The notes under the pieces were generated by a model. The model was not told the DNA's origin, made no database searches, and saw only the letters and a list, made by a program, of their open reading frames with translations. This document shows positions 9,037 to 19,396 of a DNA stretch of 64,000 bases, piece after piece (position 1 is the first letter of the stretch; every line of letters begins with the position of its first letter). Made by a program: the position numbers and the translations under genes. The stretch covers positions 13,321 through 77,320 of the forward strand of contig JAITPV010000047.1 in NCBI GenBank assembly GCA_031289275.1, given 5' to 3'. The DNA is from Tannerella sp. (GTDB lineage: Bacteria; Bacteroidota; Bacteroidia; Bacteroidales; Tannerellaceae).

Positions 9037-9675
9037 TTATTCCCAGTTTCCTGCGTTGTTATTAATTTCGGTAACCGATCCGACGCGCAAGCCGTCGTAT
9101 TTCTTCAACTTGGCCGCTTTGTCTTTCAGATTAATCAGCTGTTGCTTGTCCAGATCGCTCAGATACGTTTCATACCTTACGCCGCTCTCGAATACTTTTA
9201 CCGTATAACCCGATGCCGAAGAAAGCGTGGCCGTATCCATTGAAAAATAGGCTTTCACACCTGCTACCGGAACGACGGACAGGGAGTCTGCATTGAACTG
9301 CGCACCGAACAGGGTATCTTTGGCCAGTACCCAGGACGTATCGCGTCTGAATCCTTTCAGACCTTCTTTGATAGCCTTTTTTTCGGTCATGCCCTTTTCC
9401 AACTGTTCGTCCGTCAATTCACCTTCCTTGATGATGAACGGCAATTTCGTCTCCGTCAAGAATTTCTTCAATTCATCAAAATTGGCAGCATGTGTGCCGA
9501 AGATATTCTTATACTCTATCTGCGCTTTCCGAATATCAATCAGACGCGCTTGAATGGCCGATTCGCGAAGTTTTTTCTCCGTTTCGAACTCAATAGACCC
9601 CATGATGCTACGATAGCACATGTATACCAGCAAAATAATTGCTGCTCCTAATAATACTTTCAGTGTAATCTTCAT
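9037..9675 (-). CDS. Conserved Bacteroidetes membrane-anchored hypothetical protein
   Basis: N-terminal TM, RLIDIRKAQ, C-terminal GLRVGS...NAGNWE. Confidence 0.8.
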   Translation of the reverse strand: MKITLKVLLGAAIILLVYMCYRSIMGSIEFETEKKLRESAIQARLIDIRKAQIEYKNIFGTHAANFDELKKFLTETKLPFIIKEGELTDEQLEKGMTEKKAIKEGLKGFRRDTSWVLAKDTLFGAQFNADSLSVVPVAGVKAYFSMDTATLSSASGYTVKVFESGVRYETYLSDLDKQQLINLKDKAAKLKKYDGLRVGSVTEINNNAGNWE

Positions 9676-9777
9676 ACTTTATTTCGTTTTTAATTTATTT
9701 CCGCGATTAATAAGGCTGCAAATATAAAAAAGAATATTTAAAGCAGTAACTTTATCGCCCAAAAAAATTGCATTTAG

Positions 9778-11196
9778 ATGACAAATAATTATGTTTTCCG
9801 GAAAATAGCCTGTTTTTTCCCCTATGAATTGATGGAAGAGCAACTTTTTGCCCTTACCAAATTGACGGATTTTCTCCTTTCGCCCGAAGATCGCAGCCTG
9901 TTATTATTGAAAGGTTATGCCGGCACGGGAAAAACTTCATTAATCGGAGCCACGGTGAAAGCTTTGACCGAACTCCGGCAAAAAACGATCCTGATGGCTC
10001 CGACCGGACGGGCGGCCAAAGTCTTTTCGCACTATGCCGAGCAGAATGCGTTCACGATTCATAAGAAGATTTACCGGAAGAAAGCGTTTTCCAATGAGTT
10101 CGATGGATTCTCTTTGGCCGAAAACCTGCACAGGAACACCCTGTTCTTTGTGGATGAAGCGTCGATGATCTCGAACGAAGCGACCGGCAACCTCGCCTTC
10201 GGGAAGAACGGCTTGTTGGACGACCTGATCCGGTATGTGTACGCAGGCGAACATTGCAAGCTGATCCTGATGGGCGACGCCGCCCAGTTGCCTCCCGTCT
10301 TACAGACCGAAAGCCCCGCTCTCAGCGCCGCCTGTCTGCAAGGGTATCAACTGAAGGTGCACGAAATTCACCTCACTCAGGTAGCCCGGCAAAGCGAAGA
10401 TTCCGGCATCTTGTTTAACGCCACCCGGATACGGCAATGCCTGCAAACGCAACGACTCAACGATTATCCCTCCTTGCGCCTGACCCGTTTTCCCGACCTG
10501 AAAAAAATAAACGGCAATGAACTTATCGAAGAAATTTCTTCGGCGTATGGTCGCGACGGCATGGATGAAACGATGATTATCTGCCGTTCAAACAAACGCG
10601 CTACGATATATAATAATGGTATACGGAACCGGATTCTGTACAGGGAAGAAGAACTTTCTTCGGGCGACCGGCTGATGGTGGTTAAAAACAACTACTTCTG
10701 GACAGCTCATCTGAAGGACACGGAATTTATTGCCAACGGCGAGATTGTGGAAGTGCTGCGCGTTCGCCGCAACTATGAAATGTATGATTTCCGTTTTTGC
10801 GATATACTGGTTCGTTTTCAAAACGACGACATGGAGACGGAGATACGTGTCTTGCTGGATACGTTGCAAAACGAAACGCCGTCTTTGCCCAAAGAGTTAA
10901 ACGACAAACTGTTTTTCAACGTCATGGAAAGTTATGCCGACGAAAAAAGCAAGGCCGGCAAAATGAAGAAAATCAAAAACGATCCCTGTTACAATGCCGT
11001 ACAGGTAAAATACGCTTATGCCATCACCTGCCACAAAGCGCAGGGCGGACAGTGGGATAACGTGTTTCTGGACATTGGATACATCACGCGGGAAATGTTG
11101 GGCGAAGATTTCTACCGGTGGCTTTACACCGCCTTTACAAGGGCTACCCACCGGCTTTATCTGATCAATCTTCCCAAAGAATTTGAAGAAAAATAA
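9778..11196 (+). CDS. RecD-like SF1 ATP-dependent DNA helicase
   Basis: GYAGTGKT, APTGRAA, VDEASM, GDAAQLPPV, YAITCHKAQG, YTAFTRA. Confidence 0.92.
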   Translation: MTNNYVFRKIACFFPYELMEEQLFALTKLTDFLLSPEDRSLLLLKGYAGTGKTSLIGATVKALTELRQKTILMAPTGRAAKVFSHYAEQNAFTIHKKIYRKKAFSNEFDGFSLAENLHRNTLFFVDEASMISNEATGNLAFGKNGLLDDLIRYVYAGEHCKLILMGDAAQLPPVLQTESPALSAACLQGYQLKVHEIHLTQVARQSEDSGILFNATRIRQCLQTQRLNDYPSLRLTRFPDLKKINGNELIEEISSAYGRDGMDETMIICRSNKRATIYNNGIRNRILYREEELSSGDRLMVVKNNYFWTAHLKDTEFIANGEIVEVLRVRRNYEMYDFRFCDILVRFQNDDMETEIRVLLDTLQNETPSLPKELNDKLFFNVMESYADEKSKAGKMKKIKNDPCYNAVQVKYAYAITCHKAQGGQWDNVFLDIGYITREMLGEDFYRWLYTAFTRATHRLYLINLPKEFEEK

Positions 11197-11262
11197 GGTG
11201 CAATTTGTATATTTCAAATAGAAATATCTATATTTGTCGCTGTCTATCACAAGAGAAAAAAT

Positions 11263-11991
11263 ATGGAACATAAGGAACAATTAGAGCAACTGCTCATTCA
11301 CGTCAAAAGGATTACGAAGCTAACGGAAGAAATCTGCGAAAGGGAGATTTATCCGGTATCTTTCTTTAGTCAGGCATTTGACATAACCCATAAGATACAA
11401 CACTTGCTGCATCAAATGGAAATATCGCAGATAGAACTGTTTGAACGGCAAATGAAGGAACACCAGGCGCAAATCCGGTCGGTAGGAGGTATGCCGGAGA
11501 AAGCGCCGGTAACGCCTCCGGTTCAAAAAGCGGAACCGGTGACGCCCCCGCCGCCCCCTCCTCCGGCGCCGCCCAAGCCGGAACCTCAGCCGCAGGAAAT
11601 CAGAACGGCGACGCTGCCTGTTGTGCCGCCGGAAGAAAAAACAACGGTAAAACCGCCCTCCGCCCCGGTAAGGCCTGTGCTGAGGGATACGCCTCCCTTC
11701 CCGCCACCGGCGAAGCCGGCGACGGAAAAGATGGAAAATTCGCTGAACGAAACCATCGAAAAGCAAAAGTTGTCGGATCTGAAGAAAGCATTCACCCTGA
11801 ATGACCGGTTCCGGTTTTGCCGGGATTTATTTTCGCGGGATGAAAACCTGATGAACCAAACGATCGCCGAACTGAATGGGAGAATGTCATGCGAAGCCTC
11901 TGTCGCTTACCTGAAAGAACGCTTCGACTGGAACTTTGAGGATGAGACGGTCGCGGAATTTATCGCCATCCTGGAAAAACGCTTTTCGTAA
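11263..11991 (+). CDS. Conserved hypothetical protein with Pro-rich linker
   Basis: C-terminal LKKAFTLNDRFRFCRDLF domain typical of the gene upstream of rsmI in Bacteroidales. Confidence 0.8.
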   Translation: MEHKEQLEQLLIHVKRITKLTEEICEREIYPVSFFSQAFDITHKIQHLLHQMEISQIELFERQMKEHQAQIRSVGGMPEKAPVTPPVQKAEPVTPPPPPPPAPPKPEPQPQEIRTATLPVVPPEEKTTVKPPSAPVRPVLRDTPPFPPPAKPATEKMENSLNETIEKQKLSDLKKAFTLNDRFRFCRDLFSRDENLMNQTIAELNGRMSCEASVAYLKERFDWNFEDETVAEFIAILEKRFS

Positions 11992-12002
11992 CTTTCTTTC
12001 GC

Positions 12003-12695
12003 ATGGCCAAACTGATCATCGTACCTACTCCCATCGGAAATCTCGAAGACATGACCTTCCGGGCGGTTCGCGTATTGAAGGAGGCTGACCTGATCTTAGC
12101 CGAAGATACCCGTACCAGCGGAATCCTGTTGAAGCATTACGATATTAAGAACAAGTTGCAGTCGCATCACAAATTCAATGAGCACCGGCAGGTCGAGAGG
12201 GTCGCACAGCGCATCCTGGCCGGCGAAAACATCGCGCTCATATCGGACGCCGGCACGCCGTCCATCTCCGATCCCGGTTTTTTGCTGGTGCGCGAATGTG
12301 TACGCATGGGAGTAGAAGTAGAATGTCTGCCCGGAGCTACGGCTTTTGTCCCCGCATTGGTCGTGTCCGGACTGCCGAACGATAGATTCTGCTTCGAGGG
12401 TTTTCTGCCGCCCAAAAAAGGACGTCAAACACGCCTCCGGACACTGGCGACGGAAGAACGGAGCATCCTCTTTTACGAATCGCCTCTCCGTCTGTTGAAG
12501 ACCCTCGCCCAATTCGCCGAAACCTTCGGCGAAGACCGGCCGGCGTCCGTATCAAGAGAATTATCCAAACGTTACGAAGAAACGCGGCGAGGGACGATCA
12601 AAGACCTTATGCTCCATTTTTCCGTGAACGAACCCAGAGGGGAACTGGTTATTGTAGTAGCCGGTTTTAATAAGAACAGAATGATTAAACAATAA
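12003..12695 (+). CDS. rsmI: 16S rRNA C1402 2'-O-methyltransferase
   Basis: VPTPIGNLEDMT, AEDTR, SDAGTP.ISDPG, FYESP.R. Confidence 0.95.
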   Translation: MAKLIIVPTPIGNLEDMTFRAVRVLKEADLILAEDTRTSGILLKHYDIKNKLQSHHKFNEHRQVERVAQRILAGENIALISDAGTPSISDPGFLLVRECVRMGVEVECLPGATAFVPALVVSGLPNDRFCFEGFLPPKKGRQTRLRTLATEERSILFYESPLRLLKTLAQFAETFGEDRPASVSRELSKRYEETRRGTIKDLMLHFSVNEPRGELVIVVAGFNKNRMIKQ

Positions 12696-12707
12696 ATATT
12701 TAGGTAT

Positions 12708-13577
12708 ATGAAAAAGATGCTATTGCTATGTGTATGTATGACAATGTTTACTTCCTGTATCGAATACTCCGCCAAATACAGGAAGTTGAAAAGTGAAAAT
12801 GAGACGTTGATTGCCGAAAAAGCGAATACTTCGACCCTGCTGGACGAGACGCTTTCTACCCTGAACGATATTCAAACAGACATTCAGTCTATCCGGGAGG
12901 CCGAAAATTACCTCTCTGTCGAACCGAATGGCGAAGACGTCAGCGTGGACAAAAAGGAACAGTTGAAACGTAATGTGCGACAGATTGCCGAAACCCTGAA
13001 ATCCAACCGGGAACAATTAGCCTCTCTGAAAGCACAATTAAAGAAAAGTAATTTCCGGTCGGAAGCGTTGCAACAGACCATCGACCGTATCAGCGCCGAA
13101 CTGAATCAGAAAGCGCTCATGATTTCGACCCTGCAGGAAGAATTGGCCAAGAAGGACATTCGCCTTCAGGAACTGGACGAGGTGGTGTCGTCGCTGAACG
13201 ACAAGATCGAAAACCTTTCCGAAACCACCACCCAGCAATCGGAAAAGCTGAACGTGCAAAGCAAACAACTGAACACGGCGTATTATTGCCTCGGCACGGA
13301 AAAGGAATTGAAGAAACAAAACATCCTGACCGGCGGAGGGCTTTTCTCAAAGTCGAAAGCGCTGGAAGGATTCTTCAACGAAGACTATTTTGTGCCCGTC
13401 GACATCCGCGAAACAACCGAAATCGAACTGTTTGCGCACAAGGCCGAACTGCGTTCCAAACATCCGACAGATACGTACAAGTTCAGCAAGGATGAAAACG
13501 GAAACCTGATTTTGCACATTACCGATGTAAATCAATTCTGGAACCTGAGCCGGTATTTAGTGATCGAACTTAAATGA
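12708..13577 (+). CDS. Coiled-coil lipoprotein (Cbp1-like adhesin family)
   Basis: Lipobox FTSC, long coiled coil, C-terminal GTEKELK...HP...FW..SRYLVI. Confidence 0.7.
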   Translation: MKKMLLLCVCMTMFTSCIEYSAKYRKLKSENETLIAEKANTSTLLDETLSTLNDIQTDIQSIREAENYLSVEPNGEDVSVDKKEQLKRNVRQIAETLKSNREQLASLKAQLKKSNFRSEALQQTIDRISAELNQKALMISTLQEELAKKDIRLQELDEVVSSLNDKIENLSETTTQQSEKLNVQSKQLNTAYYCLGTEKELKKQNILTGGGLFSKSKALEGFFNEDYFVPVDIRETTEIELFAHKAELRSKHPTDTYKFSKDENGNLILHITDVNQFWNLSRYLVIELK

Positions 13578-14275
13578 ACCTTCGCTACAAATCTCTTTTT
13601 TTCGACTTGGATGATACGTTGTGGGATACCGTCCACAACAACAGGGAATGTCTCGAAGAAATCTTTACGGAATACCGGTTTGACCGGCATTACGATTCCT
13701 TCGAGACATTCTATGACACGTACATGCCCTATAACCTGTCCCTTTGGAAACAATACCGCAATCATGAAATCGACCGGCGCACACTGATACTCGACCGGCT
13801 GTTGTATGTACTCCGTCCGATGGGGATCGACGATGCGGAGTATGCCCTCAAAATCAATTCGGACTACATGCGGCGAACCACGCAAAAGGACAAACTTCTC
13901 CCCGGCGCCATCGAACTCCTGGAATATCTCAAGCCCTGTTATCGCATGTTTATCCTGTCTAACGGTTTTCGCGAAATACAATCGTTAAAGATGCGGAAGG
14001 CCGGTCTGGCGTCTTATTTTGAGAAAGTGATCCTGTCCGAAGACGCCAAAATACAGAAACCGCAGAAAGCGATCTTTGATTTTGCGCTGAGAAGCACCAA
14101 TTCACGCCGTAACGAATCCCTGATGATCGGCGATAGCTGGGAGGCCGACATGGAAGGCGCTTACCATGCCGGGATCGACCAACTTTGGTTTAACCCGGAG
14201 CGCTTGCCGGTCAAAGGACACTTTGTCCCCACCTTTCAGGTACATGCCCTGGCTGAAATACAAGCCGTTTTGTGA
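13574..14275 (+). CDS. yjjG: YjjG family HAD pyrimidine nucleotidase
   Basis: FDLDDTLWD, SNGF, KP..IF, MIGDSWEADM. Confidence 0.9.
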   Translation: MNLRYKSLFFDLDDTLWDTVHNNRECLEEIFTEYRFDRHYDSFETFYDTYMPYNLSLWKQYRNHEIDRRTLILDRLLYVLRPMGIDDAEYALKINSDYMRRTTQKDKLLPGAIELLEYLKPCYRMFILSNGFREIQSLKMRKAGLASYFEKVILSEDAKIQKPQKAIFDFALRSTNSRRNESLMIGDSWEADMEGAYHAGIDQLWFNPERLPVKGHFVPTFQVHALAEIQAVL

Positions 14276-14672
14276 TCGTTATTCATCGGTACCCGTCATC
14301 GGATTATTCATCCAGAGCTATCAAAGAAGGGACGGCGCCCCGGGCGGGCGAGTCTCCATAAAAGAAGTGGAAGACGACGTAATGACCCGCCTGAAAATGT
14401 CGGTAGAAGCCGGTGGCGTAGAATTTTGTGGGAAAAAGGTGATCAGTGAAAAAGCCAATCAAAAAAGATTCGAGACCACGGAGATCAGTGAATCAAGGGA
14501 CGTCATAAAGGGAAACAAGATGGAAAAATTCCGAGTGGTTTATTTATTGCATGAAAAAGGGAATATCGTTCATTGTGTACAACTATCCATACGTGACGAC
14601 CTGTATCTTCTTCCGGAATCACAGGTGATCATGCAAGAGATACTTGATTCCTTTTCCGTAAACTCACTATAA
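14272..14672 (+). pseudogene. Possible truncated gene remnant of unknown function
   Basis: Open frame to the stop at 14672 with protein-like composition (ILDSFSVN), but no good start outside yjjG. Confidence 0.3.
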
Positions 14673-14807
14673 ACCATTCTGTATTATATAATCCGTATCC
14701 ACAGGCGCTACCGACAAATGCACAAAAGAGGTGCTGGAGTTCCGGTATCCGTTTATTATTCAAGCGCCAAAATGAAATAAACTTGTTTGATGACATGGGG
14801 CTTTATT

Positions 14808-15073
14808 GTTTGGTTGCACCAAACCGTCCGGTTTAGTTACACCAAACCGTCCGGTTTGGTTGTACCAAACCGGACAGTTTAGTTGTACCAAACCGGACAG
14901 TTTGAATTTTTAAACCGGACAGTTTGAATTTTTAAACCGGACAGTTTGAATTTTTAAACCGGACAGTTTGAATTTCTAAACCGGACGGTTTGAATTTTTA
15001 AACTGGACAGTTTGAATTTCTAAACTGGACAGTTTGAATTTTTAAACCGGACGGTTTGAATTTTTAAACTGTC
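14808..15073. repeat. Tandem array 2: 11 full and 1 partial 14-bp cores AAACYGGACRGTTT at 23 then 22 bp period; first two cores inverted
   Basis: Cores at 14821, 14844, 14867, 14890, 14912, 14934, 14956, 14978, 15000, 15022, 15044 and (15066). Linkers are RGTTRYACC, then GAATTTYT. Confidence 0.97.
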
Positions 15074-15172
15074 AACCGTCTTCCTTAAATTGGTTTTCTG
15101 ATGGCGATCCTGTTTTCAGAAAATGGCCTGTACCTGTGCTTTTCTCCCTCTTGCAGATGCGTGCTTAAAAAC

Positions 15173-15367
15173 TCAGGCTAATTGATTCGGCGAGTTATAA
15201 TAGTTTCGGGCGGGCGTGACGGGATACCGGCAGAGGCCGCGCTTTATTTTACGGGCGACATCTGTTTTCCCGGATTGCTGCATGAACCCTTCTTTCTCGT
15301 ATTCATATTCCATCCGTAGCAGGGATTGCTGACGCTGATGAAGGTCGGTTGGATGAATATTCATCAA
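15173..15367 (-). pseudogene. N-terminal fragment of a Bacteroidales Upf1/IGHMBP2-like DNA helicase
   Basis: LLRMEYEYEKE...ARKIKRGLC.YPV...YYNS.NQ matches, from memory, the N-terminus of this much longer family. Stops after 64 aa. Confidence 0.65.
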
Positions 15368-15381
15368 AAACGTACCCTATT

Positions 15382-15500
15382 CCCCCGTCCATTCGGATTT
15401 GCAATCCGAATGTGTGGAGTATAAGAAATGGTAATCCGCAAAAAAATCGAAGTGCAAATCCATCTACTCCATTCCGCAGGGTTACAAATCTGCGGAACGA
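15382..15500. repeat. REP-like palindromic element
   Basis: CATTCGGATTTGCAATCCGAATG hairpin and TTCCGCAG-GGTTACAAAT-CTGCGGAA hairpin. Confidence 0.7.
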
Positions 15501-15645
15501 GGATGAACGAGTGAAAAATAAATATATTACGGAAGCGTCGTATCTAATAATAATGATTACATTTGTATCGGATAATAAAATAATCCCGCCCATTCGGAAG
15601 TGGGAATAACTATTGAATTTAGATTTACGATAAAAAAACGGACTT

Positions 15646-16845
15646 ATGAAAAAGAAAAATTTGGGGGCAGCGATTGTGGCAGCCATAGCGATTTTTATAA
15701 CCATTTCTTCCCTCTTGCTTGTCGGCTGCGAAACGGAAAAGAATGAAACGCGGGAGCGGCGCGTAACAATAAATATCAATGATTCGCAAGATGTCGGTAT
15801 CGCGGATTTTATTGATTCCGTACGGTTCATCGGGCTTCAGACACTGGACGAATCCCTGATAAACTTCATCAACAATGTTTATTTTATAAACGACAAAATC
15901 ATTGCGGTGGATCCCTTTCAAAGGCAGATACTTTTTTTCGACAAGGAAGGAAATTTTCTGCACAGGATAAAAAAAACCGGACAGGGCCCCGGCGAATACA
16001 TGGGAATAACCGCGTCTCTTCTTGACCCCGTTCGTGAAACCGTTATGATTTATAGCATCGCTTCGCGCAAAATGGTGTTTTACGGCCTGGACGGAACATT
16101 TGTTAAAGAGATTATCGGATTTAGTGACAACGCACTGATACGAAGCATTATGAATCTTCCCAACGGCCATTTCCTGTGTTATACACATGATTTGCTTCCT
16201 AAAGACGTCGGGGAGTACTCCGGACTGTGGGAAGTCGATTCGGATGGAAAGTTTGTCCGCAGTTTTTTTACGCTTCAGGAACTCTATCCCGTGCAGTACA
16301 ATATGGATAATTCACCGCTTACCCTGTTGCCTGACGGAATAATCAGTTTACAAGACGCCCAATTTAACGATATCTATCATTATCGTGGCGACAGTCTGAC
16401 GAAATACCTGTCGTATGAGATACAAAACGACAAATTGCCCGATTTTAAAGGGCTTACTTATACGGAAGAAAGATATACGAAAGGCATGACGAGTCAAGAC
16501 AAGGGCGATTATATCTTCACCAAATGGATGGATGGAAAAGAACATTTTTACACCGTATATTCAAAGAAAAACGACCATACGGCGCTTGTATATCCGGCAA
16601 AAAAGTTTTGGGCAAGCGACAGGGTTGCAGAACCTAATGCGTTTAATTGTATAGACTCGAACCTTTCCGGAGTACTGGTCACGTCAATCACCGGTACTGC
16701 CATCCCGGACATAATGGCGAATGAAAACATTTCGCCGGAGATAAAGGAGAAATTGCAGAAAATCGTGCACGGCATGAGTGAAAAGGACATCGAAGATATG
16801 AATCCCGTACTGCAACTATTGTATGTAAAACCGCAAAGGAAATAA
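15646..16845 (+). CDS. 6-bladed beta-propeller lipoprotein (DUF4934/BF3164-like)
   Basis: Lipobox LLVGC, FDKEGNFL..I...GQGPGEY, terminal MNPVL. Confidence 0.85.
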   Translation: MKKKNLGAAIVAAIAIFITISSLLLVGCETEKNETRERRVTININDSQDVGIADFIDSVRFIGLQTLDESLINFINNVYFINDKIIAVDPFQRQILFFDKEGNFLHRIKKTGQGPGEYMGITASLLDPVRETVMIYSIASRKMVFYGLDGTFVKEIIGFSDNALIRSIMNLPNGHFLCYTHDLLPKDVGEYSGLWEVDSDGKFVRSFFTLQELYPVQYNMDNSPLTLLPDGIISLQDAQFNDIYHYRGDSLTKYLSYEIQNDKLPDFKGLTYTEERYTKGMTSQDKGDYIFTKWMDGKEHFYTVYSKKNDHTALVYPAKKFWASDRVAEPNAFNCIDSNLSGVLVTSITGTAIPDIMANENISPEIKEKLQKIVHGMSEKDIEDMNPVLQLLYVKPQRK

Positions 16846-16921
16846 CGACAGAAAAACATCATCCCGTCCATTCGGAAGTGGGAATAAATATGGAATTAGA
16901 TTTATGATAAAAAACGAACTT

Positions 16922-18052
16922 ATGAAAAAGAAAAATTTTAGGGCAGCGCTTGTGGCTCCCATAGTGATTTTTACAGTTTTTGTTTTATACCTCGTTTCTT
17001 GTACGACGAAAGACAAAACCAACAAGAGTGATTCGGTCGAGAAAATAGTTGTTCATGTGCAATCGCAAAAACAATTCAAACTGTCCGAAATATCAGCAAA
17101 TAGCCGGTTTCTCAAATTGGATTCAAGTATCCTGACAGGAGAAGTTTCCATACTAAAAACCTTCAACGAAAACATCTATATTTACGATGATATCGGGAAA
17201 GAACTGGTCTGTTTTTCGATGAAAGACGGGAAACATTTATTTACCATAGACAACTATGGAGAAGGGCCGGGCGAATTTGTGCATTTCACGAATTTTGCGA
17301 TTAATCCATACCTGCATTGTTTGGAAATAGTAGATAATCAAAGCAAGAAGATACTTCGTTTTGATATGAACGACGGGTCTTTTATAGCCGAATTTAAAAT
17401 ACTTTTCAACGGACATTATGTAGAGCCGCTTGACGGCAATCACTATGTGGTATTTTCCAATCATCTGCCCGGAACCTCCCATTCCGTGCTTATTACGGAC
17501 GAGAAGTATAATGTAGTATCCGAACACTTGCCTTCGGATACGAAACTGGCAGGCCTCGCGCTGCTTTATCCTGTCAGAATGTTGGACGGCGAGAATCATC
17601 GGCTATTAAGCCTGCCGTTTTCCAATGAAATATATTCCATTTCCTCGGACGGCGGCGTTACTCTTAGGTATAGTTTGGATTTTCCGGGCTGCGAACCGAA
17701 TGATAACCTGTTTGATGTTTTAAACAGTTCGGGTTCACCCTTCGAAATGGTTCTATCCCAAAAGACTTTTTTAGACCGGTTAGGTTCAGGCAAATATTGT
17801 TGGGATGTTGAATGTTTTTATGATAGCGAACAACTTACCGGCTTTCAATTCAGACTTCAGAAAAAACAGTATTGGTTTTTACATTCTGAAAAAATGAATC
17901 GGGACTGGGTTATCTCGCAGTTGGTGAGTGACGACGGAGAGGTTTTTATGGGAAAGATGCATTGTTTTGACCATAACAGGCTAATAGCGTCTGTCTATAA
18001 CGAGCATACGGATCAATTGAAGATTCTGATCATTGATCTGACTGATTTTTAG
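16922..18052 (+). CDS. 6-bladed beta-propeller lipoprotein, tandem paralog
   Basis: Lipobox LVSC, GEGPGEF; leader and signal-peptide DNA duplicated from the upstream gene. Confidence 0.85.
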   Translation: MKKKNFRAALVAPIVIFTVFVLYLVSCTTKDKTNKSDSVEKIVVHVQSQKQFKLSEISANSRFLKLDSSILTGEVSILKTFNENIYIYDDIGKELVCFSMKDGKHLFTIDNYGEGPGEFVHFTNFAINPYLHCLEIVDNQSKKILRFDMNDGSFIAEFKILFNGHYVEPLDGNHYVVFSNHLPGTSHSVLITDEKYNVVSEHLPSDTKLAGLALLYPVRMLDGENHRLLSLPFSNEIYSISSDGGVTLRYSLDFPGCEPNDNLFDVLNSSGSPFEMVLSQKTFLDRLGSGKYCWDVECFYDSEQLTGFQFRLQKKQYWFLHSEKMNRDWVISQLVSDDGEVFMGKMHCFDHNRLIASVYNEHTDQLKILIIDLTDF

Positions 18053-18123
18053 AAAATAGAAACAAGCGAAAAGGACATGTACGGGGACTCTCCCGAGGGG
18101 TCGGGAATGCCGCACAAACCGCC

Positions 18124-18180
18124 CGTTATTGCGAATGCAGTGAAGCAATCGTCCATACAACCGACAGACTTGGTGCATCG
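18124..18180 (+). repeat. Dispersed repeat, inverted copy of the element at 30759-30813, 29020-29078 and 29525-29582
   Basis: cgttattgcgaatgcagtgaagcaatcgtccatacaaccgacagacttggtgcatc is close to the reverse complement of gatacactaagtccatcagttgtatgggcgattgcttcactgcgttcgcaatgacg. Confidence 0.8.
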
Positions 18181-18286
18181 GGGAAGATACGGGCTTTTTT
18201 AATCCGCGACCATTTGAAATGCACCCAAAGAAACGGTTATTTCATTCGGAATACATATCTTTGTAGCCCCGGAAAAGAATACGATA

Positions 18287-19369
18287 ATGGCAAAACAGTT
18301 GAAAAGGATTGCAATCAAGGTAGGCAGTAATGTCCTGACACGGAAAGACGGTACGCTGAATGTAGACCGGATGGCGGATCTGGTAGCCCAGATTGCCGTG
18401 CTGCGGGCTACCGGAACAGACGTCGTATTGATTTCGTCCGGGGCGGTAGCTTCCGGACGGAATGAGATCAAACCGGTAAAAAAACTGGATGCGGTTTCTT
18501 CACGCCAGCTCTACTCCGCCGTGGGACAGGCCAAACTGATTAACCGTTATTTTGAACTTTTCCATGAACACCACTTGGTTTGCGGGCAGGTACTGACCTC
18601 GAAAGAGAACTTCGGAAGCCGGACGCACTACCTGAATCAGAAAAACTGCATGGAAGTGATGCTTGAAAACGGCGTCATACCGGTTGTGAACGAAAATGAT
18701 ACGGTCTCGGTCACGGAATTGATGTTCACCGATAACGACGAACTCTCCGGATTAGTCGCTACGATGATGAACATGGACGCGCTGATTATCCTGAGCAATG
18801 TAGACGGCATTTATGATGGCAACCCGGCCTTGCCGGAAAGCAAAGTCATTGCCGTAATCTCTGATAAAACAGACCCCACGGCCTTTATCCAACCCGGCCA
18901 ATCTTCTTTCGGACGGGGCGGTATGCTGACCAAATATCACATTGCACGCAAGGTGGCCGACGAAGGCATCGCGGTCATTATCGCCAACGGAACGAGAAAC
19001 GGCATCCTGCCGCAATTAGTGGCCGGCAAAGACGTGGTATGCACCCGTTTCCTGCCGGCGGACAAACCGGCAAGCGGCATCAAAAAATGGATCGCACACT
19101 CGGAAGGCTTTGCCAAAGGAGCGGTATACATTGATAAAGGCGCCGAAGAGGTGTTGTACGGAACAAAGGCGACCAGCATTTTGTTTGTCGGCATCACACG
19201 CATCACCGGAGGATTTCGCAAAGACGATATTATCAAAATAATGAATCACGAAGGACATCCGGTAGGCGTCGGACGCGCCGGATATGATTCCGAAAAGGCC
19301 GTCTCCCTGATCGGAAAACGCAATGCGCGACCGATGATTCATTATGATTACCTGTATCTCGAATCTTAG
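18287..19369 (+). CDS. proB: Glutamate 5-kinase
   Basis: IKVGSNVLT, SSGAVASG, NENDTV, DNDELS, GRGGMLTK, PUA domain. Confidence 0.97.
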   Translation: MAKQLKRIAIKVGSNVLTRKDGTLNVDRMADLVAQIAVLRATGTDVVLISSGAVASGRNEIKPVKKLDAVSSRQLYSAVGQAKLINRYFELFHEHHLVCGQVLTSKENFGSRTHYLNQKNCMEVMLENGVIPVVNENDTVSVTELMFTDNDELSGLVATMMNMDALIILSNVDGIYDGNPALPESKVIAVISDKTDPTAFIQPGQSSFGRGGMLTKYHIARKVADEGIAVIIANGTRNGILPQLVAGKDVVCTRFLPADKPASGIKKWIAHSEGFAKGAVYIDKGAEEVLYGTKATSILFVGITRITGGFRKDDIIKIMNHEGHPVGVGRAGYDSEKAVSLIGKRNARPMIHYDYLYLES

Positions 19370-19396
19370 AATTTTTGAATCTTTGAATAATATAAA

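Noticed and set aside
14808..15073. TIGR-like dual-repeat guide array
   Set aside because: The alternating arms are superficially similar, but the unit is 22-23 bp with almost invariant inserts, and I see no box C/D-like motifs or Nop-domain gene nearby.
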